Source: a virus
Taxonomy: Duplodnaviria > Heunggongvirae > Uroviricota > Caudoviricetes
Strand: one strand, 5' to 3'
DNA: 64,000 nt
Virus record (IMG/VR): IMGVR_UViG_2654587728_000014
Coordinates: 1-64,000 of that record
Both the position numbers and the translations under genes were made by a program. Under the pieces are notes generated by a model, which did no database searches, had not been told where the DNA came from, and saw only the letters and a list, made by a program, of their open reading frames with translations. This document shows positions 9,194-19,258 of this stretch, piece by piece. Position 1 is the stretch's first letter, and each line of letters opens with the position of its first letter.

Positions 9194-10681
9194 TCAATCT
9201 TTATCGTAAAAACTGCCACGCCCGGCACGGGCGCGCCGTTCCATTTCTGCCCTGACCATTTCGCCAATCAGTTTCGCCAGTTCGCGGGGATTCTGTGTAA
9301 CAACGTTATGCAGATGAACATGAATTTCACCGCCAAATCCGGAGGCAACAGGCTCCCGGTTACGGGAAGTTGCAGGAACTGATGCCACTGGCGATCGTAT
9401 AGCCTCCGCCACCGGGCGGGAGCTGGCCGCAACAACAGGGACCAGCGCCGGAGGCAGCGGAGCCGGAACCACGGGTGTGATAGTAATTGCGGGGGCAGGC
9501 TTACTGACCTGCGCAATCTTCCGCTCCTGCCACTCCCCACGAACAGCAAGTGCGCGGGGCAGGTTCTTAAAGACAATATCGCCGGGGCCAATGCGTTTTT
9601 TCGTCTCATCAACCAGCTTACCTGTGTTATCAGCAATTTTGCTGAGTCTGCGTAGCGTACCGGTATTGTTGTCTGTGAGCGGTTTGTTGTCTCTGGGTTT
9701 ATCGCCTTTTTTGTCGTCGACCTTATCTGACGGGGCCGGGCCGGGAGTCCATGGTTTCTGAACCATTTTCTTGAGAACCGGATCCCATTCCCACATTACA
9801 GGAGCCTTTGAAGCGTTCTCTATTTTCTTTCTCGCCCGTTCCGCTTCATCCGGAAGCACTCCGAGCTTTTCAAGTATCCACGCCAGTGAATCCATCAATG
9901 CTTTTGTTGGCGTCAGGACAAGCTCTATCGCTCCACCGAGTACCCTGCCGAATACCTCGCCAGCACTGGTACATTTATCCAGCGTTTCCTTGCTGGACTC
10001 CATCGGTGACAGCAGCGATTTAAACCAGTTAAAGACCTGAATAATCCCATCGCGCACGACATCAAAAACTGGACCGAACCGTTCAAAGGTTTCGCGCAAC
10101 GGAGCCAGCCGTTCCATAATCCCACTGAACACCCCTGCATAAAACGCCTTGATGGGTTCCCAGTATTTCCAGATGAGAACCGCCGCAGCCACAAACGCAG
10201 CAGCAATCAATCCGACCGGGCTGAACAGCGCCCCGATAGCGCCCCCCAGTAACGAAACGGAACCCGTCACCATTCCCCATAGTGCTGGCAGGAGCCTGAC
10301 AGCATTCATTGATCCGGTCAGGAGGGAAAAGCCAAGACGCAGTTTTGCCAGCGGGCCAGCAAGCACACCAATAGCCAACGACAACGAGCCGACCGTTGCA
10401 GTCATCGCCAGCAATGCCCCACCTGCAATCAGTAGCTGGCGCGTCAGTGCCGGATGGGCCTGCGCCAGCGCCGTCACCTTTGATACCACCCGCGTGAGCC
10501 ACTGCGTGACAGAACGCAGCGGACCGTCAATCAGATCTGCAATGCGGATGCGCAACCCTTCCCATGCACTGCCGAGTGATTTCAGATCGCCGTCAAGGTT
10601 GTTGGCCATAACCTTTGCTGTGCGTTCAGCCTCACCGCGCGCGCCTTCAAGTTCTTTTCTCAGTTTGGGTAAGGAGCCGTC
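9194..10681 (-). pseudogene. T: P2-like tape measure protein gpT, C-terminal part (upstream boundary is the Mu-like end at about 10681)
   Basis: ORF 9194..10609 (471 aa) with Gly/Ala-rich hydrophobic tape-measure segment; frame open only to an in-frame stop at 10658-10660. Confidence 0.78.
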
Positions 10682-10845
<164 letters not shown>

Positions 10846-11235
10846 TTACTCTTTTTTCTCCGTATCTGCATCGGGTTCATCAGCAAATAGCTTGCCCTGC
10901 ATCCGATCCAGTTCTTCTTTTCTTACCCGCTTAACCACGCTGTAGACCCACTGAAGCGAAACACCAAATTTGCGGGCCAGTTCGTGGTGGTTGCGTCCGT
11001 TAAACTCCCTGAAGATTTCCCGGTCGCGCTGACTGACCTTCCATACCATGCCCATCGGGAAATAAACGTTTTGCCCGCCCCAGACCTGCATCATTCGGTT
11101 CGCGACGGCCTGACCAATCTGGTCGGCAACTTCGGGCTCAATATCAATAATCTCGCGAACGGTCTCAGAGGTATGCTGTGCCAGTTCCACCAGGAGTTCC
11201 GGCCCCTTACTTCGAAACTGATTCAGGTCGCTCAT
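10846..11235 (-). CDS. mor: Mor/C-family transcriptional activator
   Basis: 129 aa; C-terminal HTH ...ELARKFGVSLQWVYSVVKRVRK typical of Mor/C; directly downstream of gemA-like gene. Confidence 0.78.
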   Translation of the reverse strand: MSDLNQFRSKGPELLVELAQHTSETVREIIDIEPEVADQIGQAVANRMMQVWGGQNVYFPMGMVWKVSQRDREIFREFNGRNHHELARKFGVSLQWVYSVVKRVRKEELDRMQGKLFADEPDADTEKKE

Positions 11236-11656
11236 GTTTGACTCCCGCAGCTCTGCGCTGCCACTTCTTCAGTTTCTCAATAACACTGCTTGCCTGTTCA
11301 GTACTGAGCCAGCGCAGGGCGCTGATGCCCGTTTCCCGCTTGATCCACCTCGCTAATGCATTTTCTGAACGGTCACGAACAATGCCGGCAGCAGCCATTT
11401 CAAGCCATAGCGCACGAATTTTCCTGGACTGCGGATGGTTATCCAGCGGTAAACCGGAGCTGGCTTTTCTGGCTGGTTTAACGCGAAAGCCTTTCTTTTT
11501 CATGGATTCCAGCACGCAGTTTAGTTGTGTGGTATCCATTCCTTTGGTTGAGGCTTTACCGGTCAGCCCCTGTAACATCTGGCGGTAGGTGTCTTCATCC
11601 ATACCCAGTTCATTACGGGCAATATGGATAAGCTGTATCAGGCGTTTTTTCTGCAT
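11207..11656 (-). CDS. gemA: GemA-like protein (Mu gp16 family)
   Basis: 149 aa; synteny with mor; family call from memory. Confidence 0.65.
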   Translation of the reverse strand: MQKKRLIQLIHIARNELGMDEDTYRQMLQGLTGKASTKGMDTTQLNCVLESMKKKGFRVKPARKASSGLPLDNHPQSRKIRALWLEMAAAGIVRDRSENALARWIKRETGISALRWLSTEQASSVIEKLKKWQRRAAGVKHERPESVSK

Positions 11657-11657
11657 A

Positions 11658-11864
11658 TCATCTCCTTTTTTTCAGTCTGTCGGCAACAATGTCGGTTGCA
11701 GCTGGCAGGGTGACTGGCCAGAACAACATGACGGCGGTCATGTACAGGATGTAATGCGCGGTGTCGTAGTGCCTGCCATAGCCCAGGGAACGATGAAGTC
11801 TTGCGCTGCATGATCCTGCGTACATATACCAGAAAAGAAAACAGACAATGGTTTCAGTAGTCAT
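11658..11864 (-). CDS. small membrane protein
   Basis: 68 aa from ATG after GGGGAGG RBS; hydrophobic (FLFWYMYAG..., LYMTAVMLFWPVTL). Confidence 0.45.
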   Translation of the reverse strand: MTTETIVCFLFWYMYAGSCSARLHRSLGYGRHYDTAHYILYMTAVMLFWPVTLPAATDIVADRLKKRR

Positions 11865-12084
11865 TCTGAATACCTCCCCATTCGATATGAATATTACGGG
11901 CAGCAATGACAGGGTCGTTATTCCACCATGCACCTGACATGTATTTTTCAACCTGTTCGCGTCCGGCAATAACACCAATTGTGATCCCCGGCCTGACGTT
12001 CTTAAAAAAGGCGCGGGCAAAAAGGTATCTGGCAGATATTCGGCAGGCTTTTAATTTCCGGCTTTTACCTGATAGCGTAATCAT
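11854..12084 (-). CDS. hypothetical protein
   Basis: 76 aa; GGAGG RBS; start overlaps upstream stop (ATGA coupling). Confidence 0.5.
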   Translation of the reverse strand: MITLSGKSRKLKACRISARYLFARAFFKNVRPGITIGVIAGREQVEKYMSGAWWNNDPVIAARNIHIEWGGIQNDY

Positions 12085-12764
12085 CTGGCCTCCAGTTTCT
12101 GTTGTTCCTGCCCACTGACCGGGCGGTGCAGTCTGACGTTCTGCCCTTCACGAAACCCCGCATAGCGCGAGGCGTCGCCATTGCGGCTTCTTCCCGGTTT
12201 ACGCGCCCTGGTGGTTTGCGTCTGCGGGTATTTATGTTCCAGCCACTGCTGCATCAGTTCACGCTCATCATCGGTCAGGGCAAAGGACTGTATTTCACTG
12301 ATAACGGCCAGCACCCAGCCTTCGGCAAACTGGTCTCCACGGCTGGTGCGGGTGGCGGTTTTTATTCTTTTGTTCTGTGCACTGATATACTGCTGACGCG
12401 CCTTTTTCAGCTGACGGGCCAGCACTTCCCAGGTGTATGCAGCCAGTGCCGCACGTTCCCGGTTGCCGTAGAACCCCACAGACGGATGCGTGCCGGGGTG
12501 AATGATGGAGTTAACACCAAATACCTCGCGGATGATGTTCATCAGGCCCAGCATGTAGCGCGGTGGACGGAGACTGCCTGTCGGCCAGTAGTGACTGATG
12601 GTTTCATCAATATCACTCATAGCAATGTCGGAATGTGTGATGCCGTGAACATCCATCAGTTTACGGGCTCGGCACAGTGCCAGAGCGGCCTCGTGCGGGT
12701 TGCCGGATGCGGCCAGCGCCAGCAACTTTTTCAGTTTCTCAATGTGTTTATTCTGGTCTGTCAT
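12081..12764 (-). CDS. hypothetical phage protein (DUF2786-like N-terminus)
   Basis: about 227 aa from MTDQNKHIEKLKKLLALAASGNPHEAALAL...; domain call from memory. Confidence 0.5.
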   Translation of the reverse strand: MTDQNKHIEKLKKLLALAASGNPHEAALALCRARKLMDVHGITHSDIAMSDIDETISHYWPTGSLRPPRYMLGLMNIIREVFGVNSIIHPGTHPSVGFYGNRERAALAAYTWEVLARQLKKARQQYISAQNKRIKTATRTSRGDQFAEGWVLAVISEIQSFALTDDERELMQQWLEHKYPQTQTTRARKPGRSRNGDASRYAGFREGQNVRLHRPVSGQEQQKLEAR

Positions 12765-12976
12765 TGTTCTGTATCTCCGGTATTTTTCTGCCGTTTCCAT
12801 GCCCGGACAGCGTCGGACAGCTCTTTCAGGCTGTATGCTGCTTTAAGCTTTTCCCATAACCACTGTGTTGTTATGTGCATCAGCAGGGCAGCCAGGGCTG
12901 CCCCCGCACTGAGGCATGTCGCCAGGCCAGTAAGAATCAGTATCCATGCGGTGATTTCCCTGAGTATGTCAGCCAT
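12761..12976 (-). CDS. small membrane protein
   Basis: 71 aa with one hydrophobic helix (ITAWILILTGLATCLSAGAALAALLM). Confidence 0.45.
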   Translation of the reverse strand: MADILREITAWILILTGLATCLSAGAALAALLMHITTQWLWEKLKAAYSLKELSDAVRAWKRQKNTGDTEQ

Positions 12977-12990
12977 TGAATGCCTCCCGG

Positions 12991-13287
12991 TTACTCGTTC
13001 GTGTAAATCACGCCCAGTCGTGCAGCCAGACGTTCCAGTTTTTTCTGTTTGTGGAAGTCAATCAGCCGGTCCATCCCCTGAAGGCGCAATTGCTCTGTCA
13101 TGATTTCCACGTCTGCCAGCTCTGCCGCGAGGTCGCTTTCGCTGCCCTGTCCGTTCAGATTGCGGGCAGCACTGGCCGCCAGTTCAGCGGCCTCTTCTGT
13201 CAGTTTCAGGGCCTGTGCGTCCGGCCCGAAACGCTGCAGGGCCAGACGGTAGAGGGCGGTGCGGGTGAGTATGGTGTTCCGTGTCAT
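12991..13287 (-). CDS. MazG-like nucleoside triphosphate pyrophosphohydrolase (putative)
   Basis: 98 aa with EEAAELAASA...AAELADV acidic helical motifs typical of small MazG/all-alpha NTP-PPases. Confidence 0.5.
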   Translation of the reverse strand: MTRNTILTRTALYRLALQRFGPDAQALKLTEEAAELAASAARNLNGQGSESDLAAELADVEIMTEQLRLQGMDRLIDFHKQKKLERLAARLGVIYTNE

Positions 13288-13296
13288 GCCGCGCCC

Positions 13297-13569
13297 TCAG
13301 TGCTTCCGGCTGACGGTGATGTGCAGGCCGCCTTCTGCAGTGGTTTCCATCCGGTACGGCACCTCATGCGCTGCCGTGTGGGTTAGTGTGTTCACCAGTA
13401 CCTGCAGGGCAGCCGCCTTTCCGTTGGTCGCCACAATGGCTTGAGCGGTCATGCTGATTAGCGCCGTCAGGACGTGCTTCACATCGGTGAGGTCGCGGCA
13501 TTCACACTCGTTGACATAGTGTTCAACAAGGGTTCGGGTGCGCTGTCGTGCTTCCTGTGGGGTAATCAT
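13297..13569 (-). CDS. hypothetical protein
   Basis: 90 aa ORF in early operon, coupled to neighbours. Confidence 0.45.
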   Translation of the reverse strand: MITPQEARQRTRTLVEHYVNECECRDLTDVKHVLTALISMTAQAIVATNGKAAALQVLVNTLTHTAAHEVPYRMETTAEGGLHITVSRKH

Positions 13570-13760
13570 TGCGAGTCCTCCCTGTCAGGGCGGGAGAATT
13601 CCATGACGGGCACGTCTGCCGAAAAATGCTGGCTGCAGTACGGGCAGACCAGGGTGACGCGTACCGCAGGGATGTGGTATTTACCGGACATCACGGCGAT
13701 GGCGCTGTGAAAACGCAGGGCTGTTATATCCCTCTCGCACTGAATACATTTAAATATCAT
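13566..13760 (-). CDS. zinc-ribbon protein (Com-like CxxC...CxxC)
   Basis: 64 aa MIFKCIQCERDI...VCPYCSQHF resembling Mu Com zinc finger. Confidence 0.5.
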   Translation of the reverse strand: MIFKCIQCERDITALRFHSAIAVMSGKYHIPAVRVTLVCPYCSQHFSADVPVMEFSRPDREDSQ

Positions 13761-13857
13761 GATTTAATTCTCCTCTGTTTCCGGCGTGCAGAAGCCCGCG
13801 GCGCTGACGTCGGAATAAAAAAGAAAATGTTTTTATTAAATAATTAACGTGGTGTGT

Positions 13858-14388
13858 TTACTGCACATCCTGCTCAAAAGGAATTATTGAAAAATCCTCA
13901 ATGTCGCTTTTAATGGAAATACCGGGAATATTTTTCACGGCCTCTTTTTCATTCAGGATAGCGTCTTTATTTATTTCCTCTTTTACACGAATAAAGCGCT
14001 CAAGCCCCAGACGTCTCAGCAGTTCAATGACATTATCCGCCCCGCGAATGCTGACTGACGGCGGACGGTTTCGCCACTGCACCTCGCCGGTGGTGAGGTT
14101 AGCGAACTTCACCTTCCCGTTGCCGGTCAGTTCATCACGGTGCGCCTCACACCATGTCTGGATACCGGACTGCAGTTCGGCCATGCGTTTTTTCAGGCTC
14201 TCGGTGAGCGGGGCATAACGTGCAGTGATGTCGCCAATGGTGTCATTCATTTCTGTTTCAGCCCTGACCAGTTCACGTTGCGCGTCACCAAGCAGTCTGA
14301 TTCCCTCAATGACCTCTTCGCGTGTCCCCGGCACCCAGAGTGCTGCTGCGGCTTTGATACGTTTTGCCCCTTTTGTACTTTTTGCCAT
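13858..14388 (-). CDS. gam: Gam-like host-nuclease inhibitor
   Basis: 176 aa; Mu Gam family by sequence and position downstream of B. Confidence 0.82.
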   Translation of the reverse strand: MAKSTKGAKRIKAAAALWVPGTREEVIEGIRLLGDAQRELVRAETEMNDTIGDITARYAPLTESLKKRMAELQSGIQTWCEAHRDELTGNGKVKFANLTTGEVQWRNRPPSVSIRGADNVIELLRRLGLERFIRVKEEINKDAILNEKEAVKNIPGISIKSDIEDFSIIPFEQDVQ

Positions 14389-14415
14389 ATTTTATGACTC
14401 CTCCTGTTGTGCTGA

Positions 14416-14685
14416 TTACCACAAAGATTCCGGCCACACGACGCGACAGCCGTGCAGTTCGAAAACGCCCTGACGGAAATGTCCCCTGTGGTCATGACCG
14501 GTATACAGATAACAGGCCTTTCCCTGCTCAAGCATGCGCATGCAATGCGCACTCCGGGAAACGCGGATGACAGGTTTGTTACCCCTGATGGTGATGCTTT
14601 GTACATCCGTGTTCGTCGCCTTAAGCGCCATAATGGCTGACTGCACTTTGCTGATTTGCTGGTTGATACCTGTGGTGGATTTCAT
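14416..14685 (-). CDS. hypothetical protein (occupies Mu kil position)
   Basis: 89 aa ORF between B and gam. Confidence 0.4.
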   Translation of the reverse strand: MKSTTGINQQISKVQSAIMALKATNTDVQSITIRGNKPVIRVSRSAHCMRMLEQGKACYLYTGHDHRGHFRQGVFELHGCRVVWPESLW

Positions 14686-14687
14686 TA

Positions 14688-15854
14688 TTAAACCCCTTTG
14701 ACAACGTCAGCGTTGACCTGTGGAACCCCGATTTCAGCGGCCAGATTCATGGCGGCTATTACCAGGTTACTGACGGCCAGCGGATACAGCAGGCTGACCA
14801 TATTTTTACGATGACTTCCCGGATTGCTCAGGCGGGCACGTATGGCATCCACTGCGCTGGCGTCCATAATGTCCGTCAGTTGTTTACCGGCCCGTTGCAG
14901 TTTGAACGTCAGAAACTCTTCAAGGTTATTGTCCAGAGGCAGAAGTTCGACCACCTCACAGCGCTGAACGACTTCACGGACTTCCATATTGCGTTCAGAC
15001 AGTTTTGTCGCCAGTTCCGGCTGGCCAATCAGCACGATGGACAGCAGTTTTTTGAAACCGGACTCCAGCTCAAAAAAGCGTTTGAGGTGTTTCAGTGTCG
15101 GAATGGGCAGACTGTGGGCCTCCTCAATCACCAGAACGTGGCTGAACCCCGCCTGGCTGCTGTCTTTCAGGACGCGATGCAACTGGCGAAAGCGGGCGTC
15201 CTGACTGCGTCTGATGCTTTCCAGTGGTGCGATGGTACTGATAATGGCTTCGGCAATCGCTGCTGCCTTCAGGGTTTTCCCTTTCACATCGTTGTCTTCC
15301 ATAGCGATGATGTATGGCTCGATAACAATTACCGGCGCATTCTCGCGGTTGATACGTTCAGTCAGGTCGCGGCGCAGCGTGGATTTACCCGCACCGGACT
15401 CACCGATGACGGCCATAAACCCACCATGACGGGCTGTCTGGTACAACGCCTCACGCACGTAGCGAATATCCGGGGTGGTGAACACATCATCAGAACCCTG
15501 CATGGCTTCGTCGGCGAACGGGTCACGGAAAAGACCAAACGCTTTTTTGGTTGCTGGAAATAACACCTGTTTTTTGAGTAACATATTCTCTTCCTCACTG
15601 AGGCTCGTTTTATCTGTGGTACCCGCTGTACGGGGCGTGGCCGCGCCCTGTACAGCATCAAAACTCTTCGTTGTATCAATCCCCTGACTTTCCAGCCAGG
15701 ACGCAAGACGCCGGCGCACTTCTCCGGGGCTGGTGCGGGGCCACGCGTTATGATTCACAATCTGGGCCAGCGTGGCCTCAGAAACATCGACAGCTCTCGC
15801 CACCACCGCCTGTGGAATACGGGCCTCTTTCAGTTGCTGCTTCAGTACCAGCAT
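14688..15854 (-). CDS. Mu B-like transposition ATPase
   Basis: Walker A AVIGESGAGKST, N-terminal HTH; probable start MLVLKQ after GGAGGG RBS; ORF track 14688..15893. Confidence 0.8.
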   Translation of the reverse strand: MLVLKQQLKEARIPQAVVARAVDVSEATLAQIVNHNAWPRTSPGEVRRRLASWLESQGIDTTKSFDAVQGAATPRTAGTTDKTSLSEEENMLLKKQVLFPATKKAFGLFRDPFADEAMQGSDDVFTTPDIRYVREALYQTARHGGFMAVIGESGAGKSTLRRDLTERINRENAPVIVIEPYIIAMEDNDVKGKTLKAAAIAEAIISTIAPLESIRRSQDARFRQLHRVLKDSSQAGFSHVLVIEEAHSLPIPTLKHLKRFFELESGFKKLLSIVLIGQPELATKLSERNMEVREVVQRCEVVELLPLDNNLEEFLTFKLQRAGKQLTDIMDASAVDAIRARLSNPGSHRKNMVSLLYPLAVSNLVIAAMNLAAEIGVPQVNADVVKGV

Positions 15855-15864
15855 GTTTCCCTCC

Positions 15865-17634
15865 TCAGTTGCCGTTAACAATGCTGATAACACTGCTGCG
15901 GGCCGGTGTGGTCAGCGTGGCCATGACTTCATCCAGTGCGGCTTCCGGTACGCCGTCCGGGTACTGTGCCGTTAACTGGCGGTAATGTTCCGGCGTCCAG
16001 GTAAGGCCGTCGGCGCTGAACTTATCGCGCAGGGCTTTCGCGGCCTCCACATGAGTCATGGGACGTTGTTCAGTGCGCGGCCCGCGTACGTCAGAGGCCT
16101 GACCACGCTTCGGCATATAGGCCGGAAGTGTGGTGTCGTCGATATGTTTATACGGGTCAAGCCGCCCGCCGAACGGCAGCGCCTTCGCCTTGCGTGCGGC
16201 GGCTGCATCTGCGGCGTTGTCTGTACCGGTAACCAGCGCTTCGGTTTCTTTTGCCGCCATCTGTGCCGGGGTTTCCGGCAGGGCTTTGTAACTTTCGCCA
16301 AATACCGCCGCGCCTTCAGCAAAGCCAAACTCGTTCTTTCTGACCTCTTCGACCAGGAAGAACGTCTCGTGGCCGTCCTCACCGGTCAGAACCACCTGTG
16401 CCACATCGCTGCGCCATGGGTTACGGGTAATCATCAGTTTTTCACCAACCAGTACGCCCGGTACCGTTGATACGTCAAATTCAGTGCCCCGGAACGAGAC
16501 ACGAAGTTTTGGCGTGACTTTGCGGAGTTCTGGTGCCGCCACAGCCAGTTCACGACATACCTCAACGGAAGGCGCTTTTTTCAGCTGCTCAGCAGTAATC
16601 TTCAGCCAGATATCCGTGCGGGTTTTACCGTGGCGGCTGTGAACAGCCGTGGCGTTAAAGTGGCTGCGCCATTTCGCGGCCAGCGCGTTGAGTTCTTCCA
16701 GACTGTGAACCGGCCGGAACTTCAGACCCGGCTCCAGCTTGCGTTCGATAATGTCACGCGCCTTTTCCACCTGTCCGGTGGCGCGGGCGTTATGCGGCTT
16801 GTGCGCTATCAGGTCGATGCCCAGTGAGCGGCACATGTTTTTCGTCATACCCGCGGTGTTTGCCGAGCCGGGGTCGAGATAGAGTATTTTCGGCACGCCG
16901 TGCAGCACGTCTGCGCCGCCACGCTCCTGCATGGCGTTGATAAGCACAGAACACAGGTTCTCACCTGATTCCGCGCCCGTCACATACTCAACGTAAATCC
17001 AGCCGCTGGCATGGTCGGTAATCTCGTAACTCCACACGCGGTCACTGGCGATACGGGCAAGGTTAGCGGGCTTGTTCTTGTAGAACTTCGCGCTGTCCAT
17101 CACCTGCAGCCCTTTATGTCCATTGCTCAGGTAGTAAAGCGTGCAGAGTGAGGCGTCAATCTGCCAGACATGATTGGGATGCAGACTGGCCACTTCGGTA
17201 TGTGGTGCAGGGGCATCCAGTTGTTCCGGGTGCAGGCCATAGTTACGCAGAGCACGGCTGATGGCATCTTCAGACAACGGGAAAAACTCACTGGTGGTTT
17301 CATCTGTTCTGCCTGCGGTGATAAAGCCGTTAGCCCGCAGGGTTTCCACTGCATCTGCGATGGAATAGAGACGCTTACCGTTCTTGCGGGTGGCCTCACG
17401 CAGTGTGGCAGATATCAGCGCGGCTTCGTCGCGGGTCAGGGCGCTGCGCCCGGCATCGGCGCGTTTTTTGCGTTTATCAGTCACAGATACCTCCTTCAGC
17501 CTGCGCAGCAGAGTGGCGCGGGACATGCCAAGTTCAGCACAGGCAGCGTCGTATATTGCACCGCGTTTACCATGCCCCGCGTCACGTGCCGCGCGGGCTG
17601 TTTCAACCAGTTTTTCAGTCAGTGCCGGGGTCAT
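15865..17634 (-). CDS. Mu-like DDE transposase (MuA family)
   Basis: 589 aa; large transposase immediately upstream of B-like ATPase; MuA-like N-terminal DNA-binding and core regions. Confidence 0.88.
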   Translation of the reverse strand: MTPALTEKLVETARAARDAGHGKRGAIYDAACAELGMSRATLLRRLKEVSVTDKRKKRADAGRSALTRDEAALISATLREATRKNGKRLYSIADAVETLRANGFITAGRTDETTSEFFPLSEDAISRALRNYGLHPEQLDAPAPHTEVASLHPNHVWQIDASLCTLYYLSNGHKGLQVMDSAKFYKNKPANLARIASDRVWSYEITDHASGWIYVEYVTGAESGENLCSVLINAMQERGGADVLHGVPKILYLDPGSANTAGMTKNMCRSLGIDLIAHKPHNARATGQVEKARDIIERKLEPGLKFRPVHSLEELNALAAKWRSHFNATAVHSRHGKTRTDIWLKITAEQLKKAPSVEVCRELAVAAPELRKVTPKLRVSFRGTEFDVSTVPGVLVGEKLMITRNPWRSDVAQVVLTGEDGHETFFLVEEVRKNEFGFAEGAAVFGESYKALPETPAQMAAKETEALVTGTDNAADAAAARKAKALPFGGRLDPYKHIDDTTLPAYMPKRGQASDVRGPRTEQRPMTHVEAAKALRDKFSADGLTWTPEHYRQLTAQYPDGVPEAALDEVMATLTTPARSSVISIVNGN

Positions 17635-17649
17635 AGCTTGTCTTCCCTG

Positions 17650-17967
17650 TTATCCGATTCTGGCGGCAATTTTTCTGGCGAGGTCGCACAGTGTTTCGCC
17701 ATCGCAGGTTTTCACCACGGTATTTACCGGTTGCGGTGCAACTACCGGGCGTAATGCTGACTGATTCTGCAGACGTCTTATCTGCTGCATCAGCATCACC
17801 TCCATCGTCAGTACAAACGGGTGCGTCTCCTGTGCGGGTACGCAGATTTCACCGGAAGGGGTCACCACGCGGAAACCCTGCACCATCTCCGGCAGCAGAT
17901 TACACAGTGCGTGCCCCAGTGCCTCCGGGCTGTCCATCAGGGTATTTTGTGTGTTATTCGTATTCAT
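17650..17967 (-). CDS. hypothetical protein
   Basis: 105 aa ORF in early operon. Confidence 0.45.
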   Translation of the reverse strand: MNTNNTQNTLMDSPEALGHALCNLLPEMVQGFRVVTPSGEICVPAQETHPFVLTMEVMLMQQIRRLQNQSALRPVVAPQPVNTVVKTCDGETLCDLARKIAARIG

Positions 17968-18887
17968 TACTGCATATCCTCCGGTCGGTTGATTTCAGGT
18001 TCCGGTTCGGTCAGCCAGGCGGGGGCATCGTTACCCGATGGAGCGGCCTCAAGGTCAAACGTCTCACGTAATGCATGAACACTGCGTTCAATCTGGCAGA
18101 CCAGACCGGCCATGAAATCTCTGGGGGTATCGATCATGTTTTTGGTGCAGTATTCACACAGGGTCTCAAAAACACTGGACAGCCGGACGGCGATAGCCGA
18201 TTCGGCCTCAACCGCTAATGCCGTCACTTCCGCCCGCAATTTTTTCAGTTCTTCGTCTGGCGGCGGAGGTTGCAGGCGCGATTTCTTCTCCAGTTTTGTG
18301 GCCAGTTCGTTGATTTTTTCGTCCTTTCCGGCAAGCACCTGTTGCTGAGCTGCGTTGGTTTCGCGCGCTTCACGCAGGGCGGCCTTCAGTTCGCGGCTGG
18401 TCATGCGATCAATATCATCAAGCGTTGCACCGGCGACGGTTCCACCATCAGCTAATGCGTCGAGTTCTTCGTCATCCAGAACCATCAGTTCATATAACTT
18501 GGTTTTTCCCAAAACGCTCAGCGCTGAGCGTTTTGGCTGTTCATCTCCATTGCCGAGAAATTTCACGCTGGCCTGCATCATGCGACGAGCTACCTGTGGT
18601 GCTAATCCGAGGTCGTTTTCCAGAATATTTGTGAAATCACCATGCGGTTCATTTTCTTTTAAGATGATCAGCCGCTTACCCGCTTCCAACATAGATTCAG
18701 CACTCTGCGCCATATAAAAACGTGCTTCGTGAACGATGCGTTCACGTTCATAAGGCAGTCCATCACCAAACTGCTGCATGATCTCCATGCGATGCTGTGT
18801 CATGGCATTCAGGCTGACGTTGAGATCATCCGACAGCGGTACATCGGCGTTCAGTTCAGTGTTAATCGGTGATTTGGTACGTCCCAT
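17967..18887 (-). CDS. hypothetical protein (DUF3102-like)
   Basis: 306 aa, acidic and coiled-coil rich; domain call from memory. Confidence 0.45.
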   Translation of the reverse strand: MGRTKSPINTELNADVPLSDDLNVSLNAMTQHRMEIMQQFGDGLPYERERIVHEARFYMAQSAESMLEAGKRLIILKENEPHGDFTNILENDLGLAPQVARRMMQASVKFLGNGDEQPKRSALSVLGKTKLYELMVLDDEELDALADGGTVAGATLDDIDRMTSRELKAALREARETNAAQQQVLAGKDEKINELATKLEKKSRLQPPPPDEELKKLRAEVTALAVEAESAIAVRLSSVFETLCEYCTKNMIDTPRDFMAGLVCQIERSVHALRETFDLEAAPSGNDAPAWLTEPEPEINRPEDMQ

Positions 18888-18897
18888 TGATTACTCC

Positions 18898-19212
18898 TTA
18901 CAAACGACTACCTGAAATGACACGTTGGTTAATTTCGTTAATACGATCCTGTGCACGTGCCATCTCGTTACTGTGGGCCATGGCGATCTGCAGTAACTGG
19001 ATGCCCGGTGCAAAACGTCCGTTCTCCAGTTTCAGAGCCAGCCCTTCTTCAATGAGGGTGTTGAGTGCCCGGTTGATGTTTGCCGGTGACTCGTGCAGTG
19101 CTGTCGCCAGTTCACCGTTAGAAATACCGTTCAGGGCATGACCGCGCAGCGCTTTGAGTACCCGGAGGATGCGACTGCCGGAGCTTGAAACATTCGTCTT
19201 ACTCATCTGCAT
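18898..19212 (-). CDS. HTH DNA-binding protein
   Basis: 104 aa with winged-helix-like segment ISNGELATALHESPANINRALNTLIEEGLA. Confidence 0.5.
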   Translation of the reverse strand: MQMSKTNVSSSGSRILRVLKALRGHALNGISNGELATALHESPANINRALNTLIEEGLALKLENGRFAPGIQLLQIAMAHSNEMARAQDRINEINQRVISGSRL

Positions 19213-19258
19213 ACCTCTTTTGCGATATGTGATAACCTTTTACAAAGACTCAAAATAT

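Noticed and set aside
3499-10681. T encoded as two naturally separate genes rather than one disrupted gene
   Set aside because: The two parts are 5.8 kb apart on opposite strands, separated by invertase genes, and bounded by matching Mu-type ends with duplicated target sequence, which fits disruption better; a pre-existing frameshift is kept as a separate finding.
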